A stretch of 64,000 nucleotides of DNA, taken from NCBI RefSeq assembly GCF_009914755.1, contig NC_060927.1. One strand, given 5' to 3'. The stretch comes from the human T2T-CHM13v2.0 reference genome, Homo sapiens. Below, in pieces: positions 25,690 to 38,866 of the stretch (position 1 is the stretch's first letter; each line of letters begins with the position of its first letter). The translations under genes were made by a program, and so were the position numbers. Under the pieces are notes generated by a model. The model ran no database searches. It was not told the origin of the DNA and was given only the letters and a program-made list of their open reading frames with translations.

Positions 25690-27010
25690 ATATTTGATAG
25701 AGCAAAGCCCTGTCAATAGTCTTCTTTTGTGAATATTTTCACTCCCCTTACATATTTGGTTTCCCAGATGAGCTTGGGATCATTTTGTCAGTTTGTGAAA
25801 AGTTTATCTAGGAATTTTGGTTGACAGTGGTTCACTTTACAGATTTTGGGAGAATGGACAGCTTTTACTCTTCTCGTTTGAGAACATGGCATGCCTGTCC
25901 ACATAGTTCTATGTTTTTTTATAGTTTTCATCTTATAGGTCTTGTACATATTTGTTGAATTTATTCATATATATCATATATAAATGTGAGAGATCTCATT
26001 TTGTATTGCATTTTCTAAGTGCATTTGATTTTTATTCTTGGTATGTAAGAAACCTGCCAACTTTCTGCATTTACTTTGTAAATGATCACTTTATTGAATT
26101 TGCTTATTATTTTCAACAGTTTTTCAGTTAATTGTATTTGGTTTTTGAGGAATGCAATGACAGTATCTGCAAATAATGGTAAACTTGCTTTCTCATTTAG
26201 AATATTAATGTGTCTTATTTTACTTTTTAGTTATTTTATTGTTTAACCTATTTATATTGTTTGGGACTCTAATCAACGATTATGTTTCACCATTAAGCAG
26301 GATACAAGCTATTGGATTTGTTTATGTATATAGTATTAATTGTTTTGAATTTTTTTTTTTTTTGAGCTGGAGTCTCGCTGTCCCCCATGTTGGACTGCAG
26401 TGGTGCAATCTTGGCTCACTGCAAGCTCCACCTCCTGGGTTCACGCCATTCTCCTGCCTCAGCCTCCTGAGTAGCTGGGACTACAGGCGCCCGCCACCAT
26501 GCCTGGCTAATTTTTTGTATTTTTAGTAGAGACGGGGTTTCACCGTGTTAGCCAGGATGGTCTTAATCTCCTGACCTCGTGATCGGCCCACCTCAGCCTC
26601 CAACTGTTTTGAACTTTTAAAAAATCTGGATGTTATGCTTTTTTGAAATATCTCAAGAAGGCCACATGGTTTCCCTCTTTCGTTTAATGTGAAGAAATAT
26701 ATTGCTAGATTTCCTAATTTTGAATTAACTTAAAATACTCTCAGATTATATTGCTAATATTATGTTTGACTTTTCATGGATATTTACCAATCCTGGAGTG
26801 TTTTTAAAAAAATTATCATGGACAAATTCTGATATTGGCACTACATCAGTGTCTTTAAAAGAATAGAGATGCTTTCCTTCTTTCCTTCCTTATTCTCTGA
26901 TGTGGCCTAAAGAGCATATGAGGTTTGATTTAGAAATAACTCTCCCCTGAAACAATTTAATTCTGGCACTTTTTTGAGTGGTGGTTTCTTTCTGACAATT
27001 TCCCCAGTTT
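25690..27010 (-). mobile_element. Degenerate L1ME-type ORF2 fragment interrupted by an AluY
   Basis: T-rich antisense L1 motifs such as 'ttttgggagaatggacagcttt' and 'gtatctgcaaataatggt'. Confidence 0.65.
26350..26601 (-). mobile_element. AluY, 5'-truncated by about 40 nt, with 12-bp TSD
   Basis: AluY diagnostics 'gcaagctcc...gggttcacgccattctc' and 'accgtgttagccaggatgg'; TSD aattgttttgaa (26338-26349) / aactgttttgaa (26602-26613). Confidence 0.95.
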
Positions 27011-27845
27011 TGATCTGTGGAGATAGAAGAAAATGAGTTATTTTCAGCTTCTCTTATCAAAGGGAGTTGTCAATTATCACTCCAGCCATTAACTGAACCC
27101 TAGAATTGGCTTTTCTGGGAAGCTATTTCCTTTTCTTATGAGAAAACATCCAAGGGGCATCTACAGCCATGTCAGGTGCCTCTCAGAGCTGCGGGATGGC
27201 AACTTGGAGTACCAAATGCAGGGGTTTGGTTACTTTATTCCCTAGGACAAGACTTCGTTGAGAAGAGAAAGCGAAGCAGAGACTAGGGCTGGAGCTTCAA
27301 ATCTCACCCCTCCTTTGCTCTCCCTGCTCCCTGCCTTTAGGAACCCTGTCGCTGGTTAGGTAAAATCTGCATAATTTGCACAAATGTTTCCAAATGCCTC
27401 CTAAACGTCTCCTAATGGAAACCTGACAGGCCGAAGCCTCACCTCTCCCTTTGCCCTCCAAACCTCCTGTATTCTTTGATCAATTAATGACAATTCCACG
27501 TATTCAATTTCCCACATCAAGAACTTAAGCTTTGTCCAGGACGATTCCTTCTTTTTCACCTGTCCCATTTGATTTGTTGACAAAGGCTGCAATTCCATCT
27601 CCTCAACATCTCTCAGATCTATTTCTTTCTTTCTCTACCAAACACAGATGCTTTAGTTCAGATCCTTCAATCTGGTTGCCTCATTATTGCAATAGCCTTG
27701 TCATCAGTGTCTGACTCCAGTCTTCCTCTCCTATGTACTCCCACTCCCCAAATCTTCCTCTACCTGTCTACCAGAATGAGCTTTTAAAAAATGATTTTGA
27801 TATTTCTCAAAGTACTGTATAGAGTTAAAAATATCAAATAAAGTC

Positions 27846-28120
27846 TACAGTCACTGGTCTGTATTTTTTAAAAATAAAAAAAGCTTTGAAACGGATTTTT
27901 TGGCACTTCTGGCACCAAAGCTTATTCTGGTGGCAAAACTTGACCTAAATTTAGTTTCATTGCAAAAATATTGCATTGAATACAGCATGCTTCCCCACAC
28001 CTTGATGGGAGTAAGTATGATGAGTATGTGCATGATATTCCCTCTTAGAAATCAGAAAATGTTAGAATTCTGAACTACATTTGGCTCTATGGATTCAAAA
28101 TTGTGGATTGTGCATGTGTA
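27846..28120. mobile_element. Old Tigger-type (Tigger16-like) fragment
   Basis: Ends in 'ggattgtgcatgtgta', resembling a decayed Tigger16 TIR plus TA; internal 'ggtggcaaaacttgacct'. Confidence 0.4.
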
Positions 28121-28315
28121 GTATGAATCCTCTGCCCTCATTCCACTCCCCAGGGGCAACTCTTTAAATGCTTTTAGCTTTTAAAAATTATATTTCTTTC
28201 TTTATTTCAAATAACATGCTTAGCTTCATATCTTGATTTATAATTTTGGACATTTTAGTGTGTTGACTTCCTATTATAATTTATGAAGATTTGGTCATCT
28301 TACATCTTTTCCAAC

Positions 28316-28703
28316 TGTATTAGTTTGCTAGGGATGCCATAACAAAGTACCATAGACTAGGTGGCTTAAACAACAGAAATTTATTTCCTTACAATTCTGG
28401 AGGCTAGGAGTCCAAGATCAATGTCTTAGCAGGGTTGGTTTCATTCTGAGGCCTTTCTCCTTGGCTTGTAGAAGGCCATCTTCTTTCGATGTCATCATAT
28501 GGTTTTCTCCTGTATGTTTCTTTGTTCTAATCTCCTCTTTTTGTAAGGACAACAGTCACTGGATGAGGACCTACCATCATGACCTCACTTAACCTTAATT
28601 ATTAATACCTCTTTCAAAACCCTATCTCCAAATAGTCACATTCTGAGGTTCTTAGGGTTAGGACTTCAAAGTATGAATTTTGGACACTATTCAGCCCATG
28701 ACA
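28316..28703 (-). mobile_element. MLT1A/B solo LTR with 5-bp TSD
   Basis: tgtattagtttgctagggatgccataacaaagtacc...ttcagcccatgaca; perfect TSD CCAAC at 28311-28315 and 28704-28708. Confidence 0.93.
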
Positions 28704-28709
28704 CCAACT

Positions 28710-30400
28710 ATGCCTCTCCCTATTTGGTCATCTATGTGCTTATCAAGATTTTGGTTTATTCAATAGTCAAAGCTTATATTCTTAGGGGTACAAATATTGT
28801 TCATTGCAGAATACAGTAGGGCATTGTATTTCCTTTCTTATTTTTTTCCTAGAGTTAATAATTGTCCCTTTTTCCATTTGCTAGCCTTTGTCTGTGCATA
28901 TCTTTAATTTTTTTCTCAAATGCTTCATCAGATCTGTCAGTGTATTAAGATGATTTTCCCAATAGTTGGAGGTATAAGAAAGAACAACCAAAGAACAAGT
29001 ATTGGTTCTATTTGTATGCTCCTCCTGAAATGGTCATTCTCTGAAATTGCTGCATAACTGTGATTCTTTTTTTGGATCCACTCTTTCTTGGGTTCCATGT
29101 TTTCCTTTTTCTTCATTTTTGACCTCATTTTTAAAAAGTACATTTGTGGTAGCTTTCTTAGAAAAGGCATGGGATATAAGTTATTAGGCTCCTTGCATTA
29201 ATGAAAATTATTTTATACTAACACATGATTGCCCAGGCATAGAATTCCAGATTGAGAATAATTTCTCCTCAAATGTTTGCAGCGTAGTCCTCCTGCATCT
29301 TCTATGTTTCACTGTGGCCTTTGCAAATACCTATTTATATTCTCTCTGAATGCTTTGGAATCTTCACTTTATCCTTGAGACTCTGACATTTTACAATAAC
29401 ACCCTGTATAATGAATCTTTTTTCAATTATCATGGTAGGCTGTTGGTGGACCTTTCATTTGTTTGCTTATTTTTCAGTTCTGGTTATTTCTTTAATTATT
29501 TCTTTGACGATTTCTATTTTCTGTTTTCTCTTTCTGTAACTCCTTATTCAAATGTTGGACCTTCTAGTAAGATTCTTTAATATTCTTTTCTCTTTTCTAT
29601 CTTTGTTTTTGTGTTCTGCCTTCAGAGAGATTTTTAAATGCATATTGCTTAATTCCTCCAAAGTATGTCTGTTTCCTCTAAGCACCTACTTTCTGTTGGT
29701 TTTGTTCTTTCTCATGTTGTGGGATTTTGTCAACATTTCTTGATCCTTGGGGGATGAGTATATAACTAAGAGTAAGACACCCAAGGGATGAAGGAACTGA
29801 TTGAATGTTTAGGTAAACTGTTGGTGCTTGTTGTGAATAGTATAAGATAGTGGCTTTATTGTAAGATAGCGAGGAACCCTGAAATGTCAGTATCCAGTGA
29901 TCTTTTCCTTTGAGGCATTCAGTTTCTCAAAAACAGTATTCACCTCTTGCCTGGGGTTTATAAATGAATAATTAGGGAAGGGTGTGTATGTGTGCCGGGG
30001 GAGGGAGACTGGAAATAGAAAATAGTTTTCAGAATATAGGTTTTTGTTTTTTTTTTTTCAACTTATCCACCTGTTTGTAGCCATGTGTCACATTTCTGGG
30101 CCTCCTCCCTTCTTGAGATCTTGAACTCTGAAACCCTTGACTTTAATTCATTCAAAGACCAAACTCCCTTCTCCTTGGATGGGATAGAGGACCAGAAGCA
30201 TAACTTTATTGTTTACAGATTTTCCTCTGCAGATACCTTCTCTGGTAGCTTCGTTTGGACTCCCAACTCAATGACCAGTCCTGTAATGACTTCATTTTCT
30301 TAAATAATTTGTTGATATTCTGCTGATATCTCTCTTTCCTTTATGAGTCTGTATATTTAAAAATCTTTTACAAAGGAGTAACAGAAAGAACAGGAGATGC
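28710..30400 (-). mobile_element. Highly degenerate HAL1/L1M-type fragments
   Basis: T-rich antisense LINE-like motifs such as 'ggcatagaattccagattgagaataatttctcctca'. Confidence 0.5.
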
Positions 30401-31203
30401 ACACATGTGATAAAGACTTTGGATTAAATTGGAGGTCCCACCAGAAGAGTGATCTTTGTGGATGACACCAAACAGATAAGTGGCATAATCATATTTTCAT
30501 TTTAGAATGTTAGATTTGTAGACCCTTAGGTAGACAGGAAACTCTCAGTCACCTCTCTACTAACTGCTTTCTGATTTGCAAAAATTTGTTGAAATGTGTG
30601 TCTCTTTTAGTGGCTCTGTGCAGCTTTTAAAATAAAGTCCAAGCTTCTTTAATCATCAGCCCCTGTCTACGCCTCTTCCCTTGCAGTAGTCTGTGCCCTT
30701 CTTTTGCTTACCGTGGTGTTCATTGGATGCCTCTCTTGCTTAACAAAATGTATTATTGGTTCTCCTCTATTGTCTCCTTACTTTTTTGTGAGCTTCATAA
30801 GGACTGAAATTAGCTTCTGTTTGACTTTTGATCCCTGGGTTAGTACCTGATATATTAAAGGAGTTCAATAATGTTTGTTGAATAAATGATAACAAAGCTA
30901 CTATAACCTTCCTTCTTAAGCTGGTCACCACAGATGCAGGCCTTGAGATGAAGATTGGTATGCAGGTGGTTTGTTAAGAAACTGCTTCCAGTAGAACTAG
31001 TGTGGGAATGGGAAAGAAAGACAGGGAAGGGAGGGAAGTTAGTAAGGGGTGGAATGTTAGGCAAAGACAGCAGCTACAGCCTAATCCTATAGGGGAACTC
31101 TGAAGTGTAAATTATCTCTCAGAGTTTGTCCAAACTTGAGGCAAAGGAGCTAAGTTTATGTAGTCCAGCACTGTCGGTCACTGGCTAAGGTCTGATCTGG
31201 GAT

Positions 31204-31312
31204 TGAGTAACCAACCACCTTAGTTGGTCCAGGACTATCCTGGCTTTAGGACTGAAAGTCCCATGGCCCAGGAAACCCCTCAGTCTGGGGAAAGCCTGGA
31301 CATGTTGTAACT
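31204..31312. mobile_element. MER94 (hAT-Blackjack)
   Basis: 'gtaaccaacc...ccaggactatcctggctttaggactgaaagtccc...ccaggaaacccctcagtc' matches MER94. Confidence 0.75.
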
Positions 31313-31475
31313 GAAATACTTGCAGCTATCTGCTTGTGGGAAAAATGGTATCAAGAGCCCAAGGAAAGTCCTTGGAAGAGAGAAACAGCTGCAGTCATTA
31401 GATGCTGTGTTAGGAAGAATAATGGCTCTGAAACCTGTCCACATCTAATCCCGGGAACCTGTGCATTATCTTAAT

Positions 31476-31723
<248 letters not shown>

Positions 31724-32092
31724 GACCTTGCAGATGTGATTAAACTAAGAATCTTGAGATAGAGAGATCATCCTGGGTTATCCAGGTGGGTTCAATGCAA
31801 TCACAAAGTCATTATATGAGAAAGAGGGAGGTGGATGAGTCAGAGAAGATGATATGATGACAGAAGCAGAGGTCAGAGTGATTTGATTGCTGGCTTTGAA
31901 GATGGAAAGGGACTGTAGGCAGCCTCTAGAAGCTGGAAAAGACAAGGAAATGGGTTCTCTCCTAGATCCTCTAGAAGGAATGTAGCCCTGCCAACACCTT
32001 GATTTTAGCCCCATGGGACCCATTTGGGACTTCTGATTTCCAGAACTGTTAGATAATAAGTTTATGTTATTTTAAACCACAAAGAAGGTGGT

Positions 32093-32392
<300 letters not shown>

Positions 32393-32531
32393 AAAGAAGG
32401 TGGCAATTTGTTACAGAAGCAATAGGACAAATACAAAGGCAAAAGCTCATTGAAGCTGGGGGAGATGAACAGAGACTCAGTAAAAGGGATCTGAGGGGGA
32501 TCTGGGCAGTGTCCCAACAATACTTGTTCCC

Positions 32532-32624
32532 TCCAAATCAGAAAACTCCATCAGAGAGACAAAGCTTTCAATATTGACTACTGATTTAAAGTTTTGACTC
32601 TCTGATGGAGTTTTCTGATTTGGA
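32532..32624. repeat. 93-nt near-perfect inverted repeat (hairpin)
   Basis: 27-bp perfect arms tccaaatcagaaaactccatcagagag (32532-32558) and its exact reverse complement (32598-32624); the stem continues inward to an 11-nt loop. Confidence 0.97.
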
Positions 32625-32649
32625 AGATCAGAAGTTGACCATCAGACTA

Positions 32650-32890
32650 GGGAACTATAGCATAGAGATTAAGCCATGGGATCCGGAGTTTGATGCCCAT
32701 TGAGTAAGTCTTGACTTTCGGCATTTTTAAACTCTGTGAACTTGGCATGTTACCAAAGCCTCTCTGAACCTTAGTGCTTCATTTGTAAAACTGAGATAAT
32801 AACAAAACTCAAAAGGTATTCTAAGGATTAAATGAATATGCTTGTAAAGTTCCTGGCATACAGTAAAATCTCAATGCAGATATTACTGGT
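32650..32890 (+). mobile_element. MIR SINE
   Basis: 'ctctctgaaccttagtgcttcatttgtaaaactgagataataac...aaggattaaatga...cctggcatacagtaa'. Confidence 0.75.
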
Positions 32891-35509
32891 AGCACAGTGG
32901 GATCCCGTCTCTATTTAAATGTTACATTCTAAAGACAGTATAAGGTAAAAATCAAGATTGGTGACTATCAGGGATTAAAATCATTTAACTTGCTCAGAAG
33001 GTACAGTATGCAGGGTTTAGTGTTCACAACCTTGTAAATATGTACATATGAGGGTTTACTCCTCACCACCATAGAAACTTCATAATACTGAGTCCAAGTG
33101 CAAAACAATGTTACAGTATTTTCAATTACCCAGAAGAGGGAGGGAGTTGTTGAACTGTGCAATGGTTTACTCTTTAGCATTTGTTTCAGTCCATGGTTTA
33201 TTTAAAGGGTGACTTTCACCTTCATTTGAATTTGCTCTTTTTCTGGGATCTTTGTTAAGCCCAGCAAAGTCACCCATTGTACCTGTGCCTGCCTTCTCTT
33301 CCCAAGGTTACCTGGGGGTATTTTCCCAGCCTTTTGATATGCTAAGCAGTCATAATTGGAGAGAGTTTAATAAACAACCATTAAGCTGCTCTTAGAAGTG
33401 TTCAAATTGGTCTAACTAGCAACTATCTAATAATTAATGAAGACCAGCTGTAACTGTAAAGCCATTTAGTGACCCAGATCAGTTTCTGCCAGATCCAGAA
33501 ACAGCCCTACAAACCCCCTTCTGTTATCAAGATGGCAACTATTAAGGTGGGCTATTACCTGGGGTCTTTTATTCATTTCCATTAGACAGCAGGGGCTGAA
33601 ACTCAAGTCAGCTGATGTGAAATCTTTTAAACAGCTCTTCAAGGAGGTCAAAGCCATTGATTATATTAGGGGGTAGGACTCATCTAGAGGTCGGGTATCT
33701 GTGGTCAGTTCTGTCCTCCCCATCTCCCCGACCCAGGTCACACAACACAGAGCTGTTGGACATCCTAGCAGGGCTTTCCTCTATATTTCAAGTATGCTGC
33801 TGGTTTGAGCTGACTCTTTTAAAACTTGGAGCTTTTCCCCCCTGGGTGAAATGGTGAGAGAGAAGGGGAGGAAGCCAGGGGGGAGGAGAAGGAAGTCCTT
33901 GGCTGAGCTGCCTGGTGCTTGGTGAGGAAGGGAGTGGGTGTGGGCGAGCTTGCTTCACTCTGAGGCCCTGCCAGCTCCTGGAAACGCTGCTGCTCTTTCT
34001 GAAAACCCTCCCTGAGGACAACCAGTTAAAACAACAAAAAACATCAATCAAAACTTATGGGGTTATTTTAAGGCCAAAGGGAAAGTAGATGAAAAAGGAG
34101 GTGGGCAGGAGTGGGAACTCGACCCACCTCCTTCCATCCCCGCTCCCAGAGCCTCAGTTCATAGCTCTTTACTCCCTCCCCATGCCTCCCCATTCCCATC
34201 TGCATCGACTGTGCTGGAACCTGGCTCACCCCCCTTGTTCTCCAGATGAACTGCCCTGTCTCTGCCTTGCCTTAGGCGGGGCCTTTGGGGATTGAGCTGT
34301 GTTTCTCTTCACTGTGTGTTGAACTTGGCAGGTGCAGGCGCATCTCATTCCAAGTCAAACTACCACCTTTCAGAAAGGAGGGCTGGGCCTGGAATCCATG
34401 GCTTGGGAAGGGCCCTGTGTACAACCACTGACCGTTGGAAGTGAATATTGTCCTTCTCCACCACCCGTGCCAGGCCTGCCACTGGTCATGACTGGGAAGG
34501 GAAGAAACAGGCATTTGGGGCTGAAGGTCACCCTCCCGCTGACCTATCAGAGGAACCTGGAGGTTCTGTGGGCAGTAAGAGTGGGGTCAGCTTCCCGGCC
34601 AGAAGTTCAAGTAGCCCCAGCGAGTCATCTGTTGCTTTAGACAAATAAGTGGTTGTTGGCCATGCTGATGCCACTTTGGCACATACCTGAGTGTGCAGAG
34701 CCAGTTTAAGAATGAGGTCTTGTTTCCCAAGAACCAACCCTCCTGCCGGAAATGTCTGGAAAGACAATGAGTGCATTCAGGAAGTTTTTTTCCCCTTTTC
34801 CCATGGTTCCCTGCAGCTGTCATGGGAACTGTTGCTCCCATGCAGAGAAGCTGCTCACCAAGGACTGGAGAGGCCAGCCTGCAGATCAGAGAAGCAGAGA
34901 GACTTCCAGACAGTTTCTCATTTGAAAATTGTTTCCAGAGGGTGAGGTCTCTTGTCCACTCCACCAGTGTCAATGACTCTCTGATAGGTCAGAGTAGAGG
35001 TCTAGATGTCAGCCCCACCACCTGCTGTCTGTGTGACTCAGGGAAAGGACCTAGCCTCTCTCTGCCACAGTTTCCTCACCTATGAAATGGGAATATTGCC
35101 CCCACATAAGTGTGAAGGTCAGAGGTAGTAACTGTTGGAAAGTGTTTACTTGGCTGATATTTTAATCATCCCTTGTTCCAATGTCACAGAATTTTCACAT
35201 TCTCTCTTCAGCTTCATAATAGTCTCATGAGGTAGGAAGGGGAAGGGTGTGTAAAAGTAATTACATTTTGTTTTAAAGTTTGAAGGGCTTTGCCAATGGA
35301 AATGATGATATTGGCAGCTCACATCTGGCACAGAGAAAATGACCCCAGCAGTTTTTGTGCCCATGTTGGGTATGTTTTCTATTTTTCTGGTAATCTTACT
35401 ATGAAACAAAAAACTCCAGTATAGGTAGATAAGGTTGTGCATTTTTCAAGACCCTCCAGGGCTACCAAGGATGAGTGACCTGGTGTAGGGCAAAGAAGTC
35501 CTCTCTACC

Positions 35510-36056
35510 AGTGCTATCCAGTAGACAGATGATGTAAGACACTATAAAAGATAATATGAAAACACTATAAAGACAATATAATTAAAATAATGTAATTTTA
35601 GTTTTAAATTTTCTTGCAGAATTTTAATTTTAAATTTTCTTGTAGAAACATCAAAAAACTCTTAAATGGTAAAATTAATTTTTATAATATATATTTTTAA
35701 TTCCATTATATTAAAAGCATTACCATTTCAACATGTAACAATATAAAAATTATTAGATACTTTATATTCTTTTTTCTTACCAAGTCTTTGAACTCCTGTG
35801 TGTATTTCACACTTACAGCACACCTCAATTCCAATGCTAAAAAATAATCATTGGAATTCTTAATTGCATTTCAGTTTCACAAACTTTATAGTTGCCAGAA
35901 TAGATTCATATACTCAAGTGGTTCCACATATACTTAAAAGTTTTACAGTAATGGAATCACATATCAGATTTTAAATATATATTTACATTAATTAAAATTA
36001 ATAGAATTTGAACTTCGGTTCCTCAGTCACTCTAGTGACATTTCAAGTGCTTAATA
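35510..36056. mobile_element. Charlie5/MER33-family hAT DNA transposon
   Basis: 'cagtgctatccagtaga' terminus, 'cacttacagcacacctcaattc', 'ttcctcagtcactctagtgacatttcaagtgcttaata'. Confidence 0.75.
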
Positions 36057-36613
36057 AGGACGGAGCAGGAGAAGTATCAGCTAGGCTGTTTTTTTGTTCA
36101 CTTGTATTTCAATACTTAGAATTATCTTCAATAACTGTTTCTTTGCAGGAATGTTTTTAGTATTCATCTAAAACTAGCCTGTATACTCAGCCTATCCACT
36201 TAACCGGTCACACTGCAAGGCAGCGTGAATAATGGAGTTCTACTGCCAGCCTCTGCATACTGTGAACGAGTCAAGCCACAGAGCCCGAGTGACATCTGGC
36301 TGACATAGTGACTGAGGGAGACCTCCAGTGTCAATTCATATATTAAATAAAGTATTAATTTCTGTCCTTTTTTGATAAACAGAAGTGGATGATCTAACAT
36401 TCTCTTCCCATACACCTGTGGATCACCTTTGTACACCATACTTGAAAGATCATGCTTGGAACCCTACCGCTGTGGTTGCTTCAAACTTTCTCTGAGCTGG
36501 GGCTTTAGTCCTAGACTTTCAGGGAATAAGTAGTGTCTATTCTGGGCCATTTTCCTTCTGACCTCCTCTCTTCCTCCCAGAGTTCCTTGGTTGTTTTTTT
36601 AAGCACTATGTAA

Positions 36614-36950
<337 letters not shown>

Positions 36951-38492
36951 TGACTTTTTATTAACTGTCATCTACAACAAAAGCAAAGAAAAACAACAAA
37001 ATATTTCCAACAGAAGTCCCCAAAAGATGGCCAAGTTTTCACTTTAGAATTTGACCTAATTTTGTTCTTTGAGGATAAATTGTACAGTAGTTTTCCCCTG
37101 TCACTCATATTTGCCTAAACACTTTGGCACTCGAATAGGATACCATCATGGGAACTTGTGCTTATGTTTCCAGTATTTGTAGTATTCATTGTGAGTTCCT
37201 ACAACCCCCGTATTTTTGAGAGTAGAAGTTCCCTCCTCTTTGTGCATGGACTATTTGTTATTGTATCTGTTCAGAGTTCAGTGCTTTGGCAGGGCTGGCC
37301 TCCCTGTGTCTTTGCTTAGCAGCATCACCCTGGCTTGGTTCTGGGGGGTCCATTTCTTCTCCAGATTCTCTAAGGGTCCCTCCCCACTCCCACCACTTTT
37401 ATTTTTCCTTCTTTAGCTATTTTGCTGCTTAAGTCATCTGAGGTGGAACTTTTGGAGTCCTTGGCTTTTTGTGGTATTTTAACACTTATGACCTAAGGCA
37501 GGAGGAGCTGCATTTTCGGCTCTTTTCTTCTCTCCCGCTTCCCTCTTGAGGAGGACTCAGATAAAATTCTCTGAGGGAGAGAAAGGATTCTTGGCAAACT
37601 ATCAGAACTTTCTTCTTCCTTTTTGTCTCTAATTGTATAAACAGAATATTCCAGAGCCCTGCAATGTTATTTTCCACCAATACCTCATGAAGAATACATT
37701 TTGCTAAAGGAAATCTAGAACATTCCTATCCAAGCTCACGTGGGCTTCCAGCATATGGGTGACTTTAGCTTGGCTGCACTGGGCCCTGCTCAGAGGCTGA
37801 GGCCTGTTTTGCAAGTTAAATGGCCTAGGTCTTGTTTCCAGATTCCATAATCAGCTTTATTCCACAAACCTCTAACATTATTTTATAAGCCAAGAGGTAA
37901 CTCCTTAATGCTTCTGCTTATTTTCTCTTCCTAGTTCCTCAATTTAAAATATAATTATTCCTGTAGTTTCAGTTCCAGCTTTATCTTCCCAGGGAAGAAA
38001 CTCCCAGCTGGGAATGGTTGAGCACCACTTGGCTTTTTTAGAAATTCTCTTTTATAAACACTGGTCCAGGGTCAGGATTTGCACAAATCTTTATGCATAA
38101 AGACTCCTCTCTGGCTTAGCTGATGACTCTAGGATTCCCATGATCTTCCCCCCACAGCCCACCTCCAGTAGTCCTATTGCCAAGAGGCAGAGCAGGGGCA
38201 GGGCAGGAGGGTGGCAGTGGAGCCAGGGCAAGGGACTAGAGCATCCGGATTTCCACCAACCATGCATCAACCTCCCATCTGCTTTGTAAAAGGTTTTCTA
38301 GGGTTAATTATTAGTATTTTAAAATAGTCATCTTTTTATTTATAAATAAAGGCTATTGCTGCTTTTTGTGATTTCCATAGCAGCCTGTAGCCTACCCACA
38401 ACAGAAACTGGAGGTGGATCAAGCAAAAGAATAAGTGAACATTTACCTATTCATTTAGCAAATGTTGATCTAGAGGACATGCATGATCTATA

Positions 38493-38723
38493 ATACATAT
38501 ATATAGCAAGATATACTGTGCATACTCGCCATATGTAATAGATATACTGTGCGCACAATACATATACTGTGCACACCCCCCATATACAATTGCATATATA
38601 TAATTGCATATATTATATATGGCATGTGTGCACAGTATATCTTACTAATCTGTATGTATATGTGTGTATATATACAGTATGTATATATATAGTGTGTATG
38701 TATATACAGTGTGTATACATATA
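38493..38723. repeat. AT-rich (TA/TG/CA) low-complexity repeat with an internal inverted repeat
   Basis: Three direct 'atatactgtgc' units plus one inverted 'gcacagtatat'. Confidence 0.85.
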
Positions 38724-38866
38724 AAAAAGGATTATCACAATGTATTCATACAAGTCAGTGTGGTGTTATATTTAAGAAAGATAGCATTTGGATAGGAACA
38801 GGAAAATCACAGAAGAAACGTGAACAGCTAATAAAAGTGTAAAAAGATTCAGCTCCACAAATGCAC

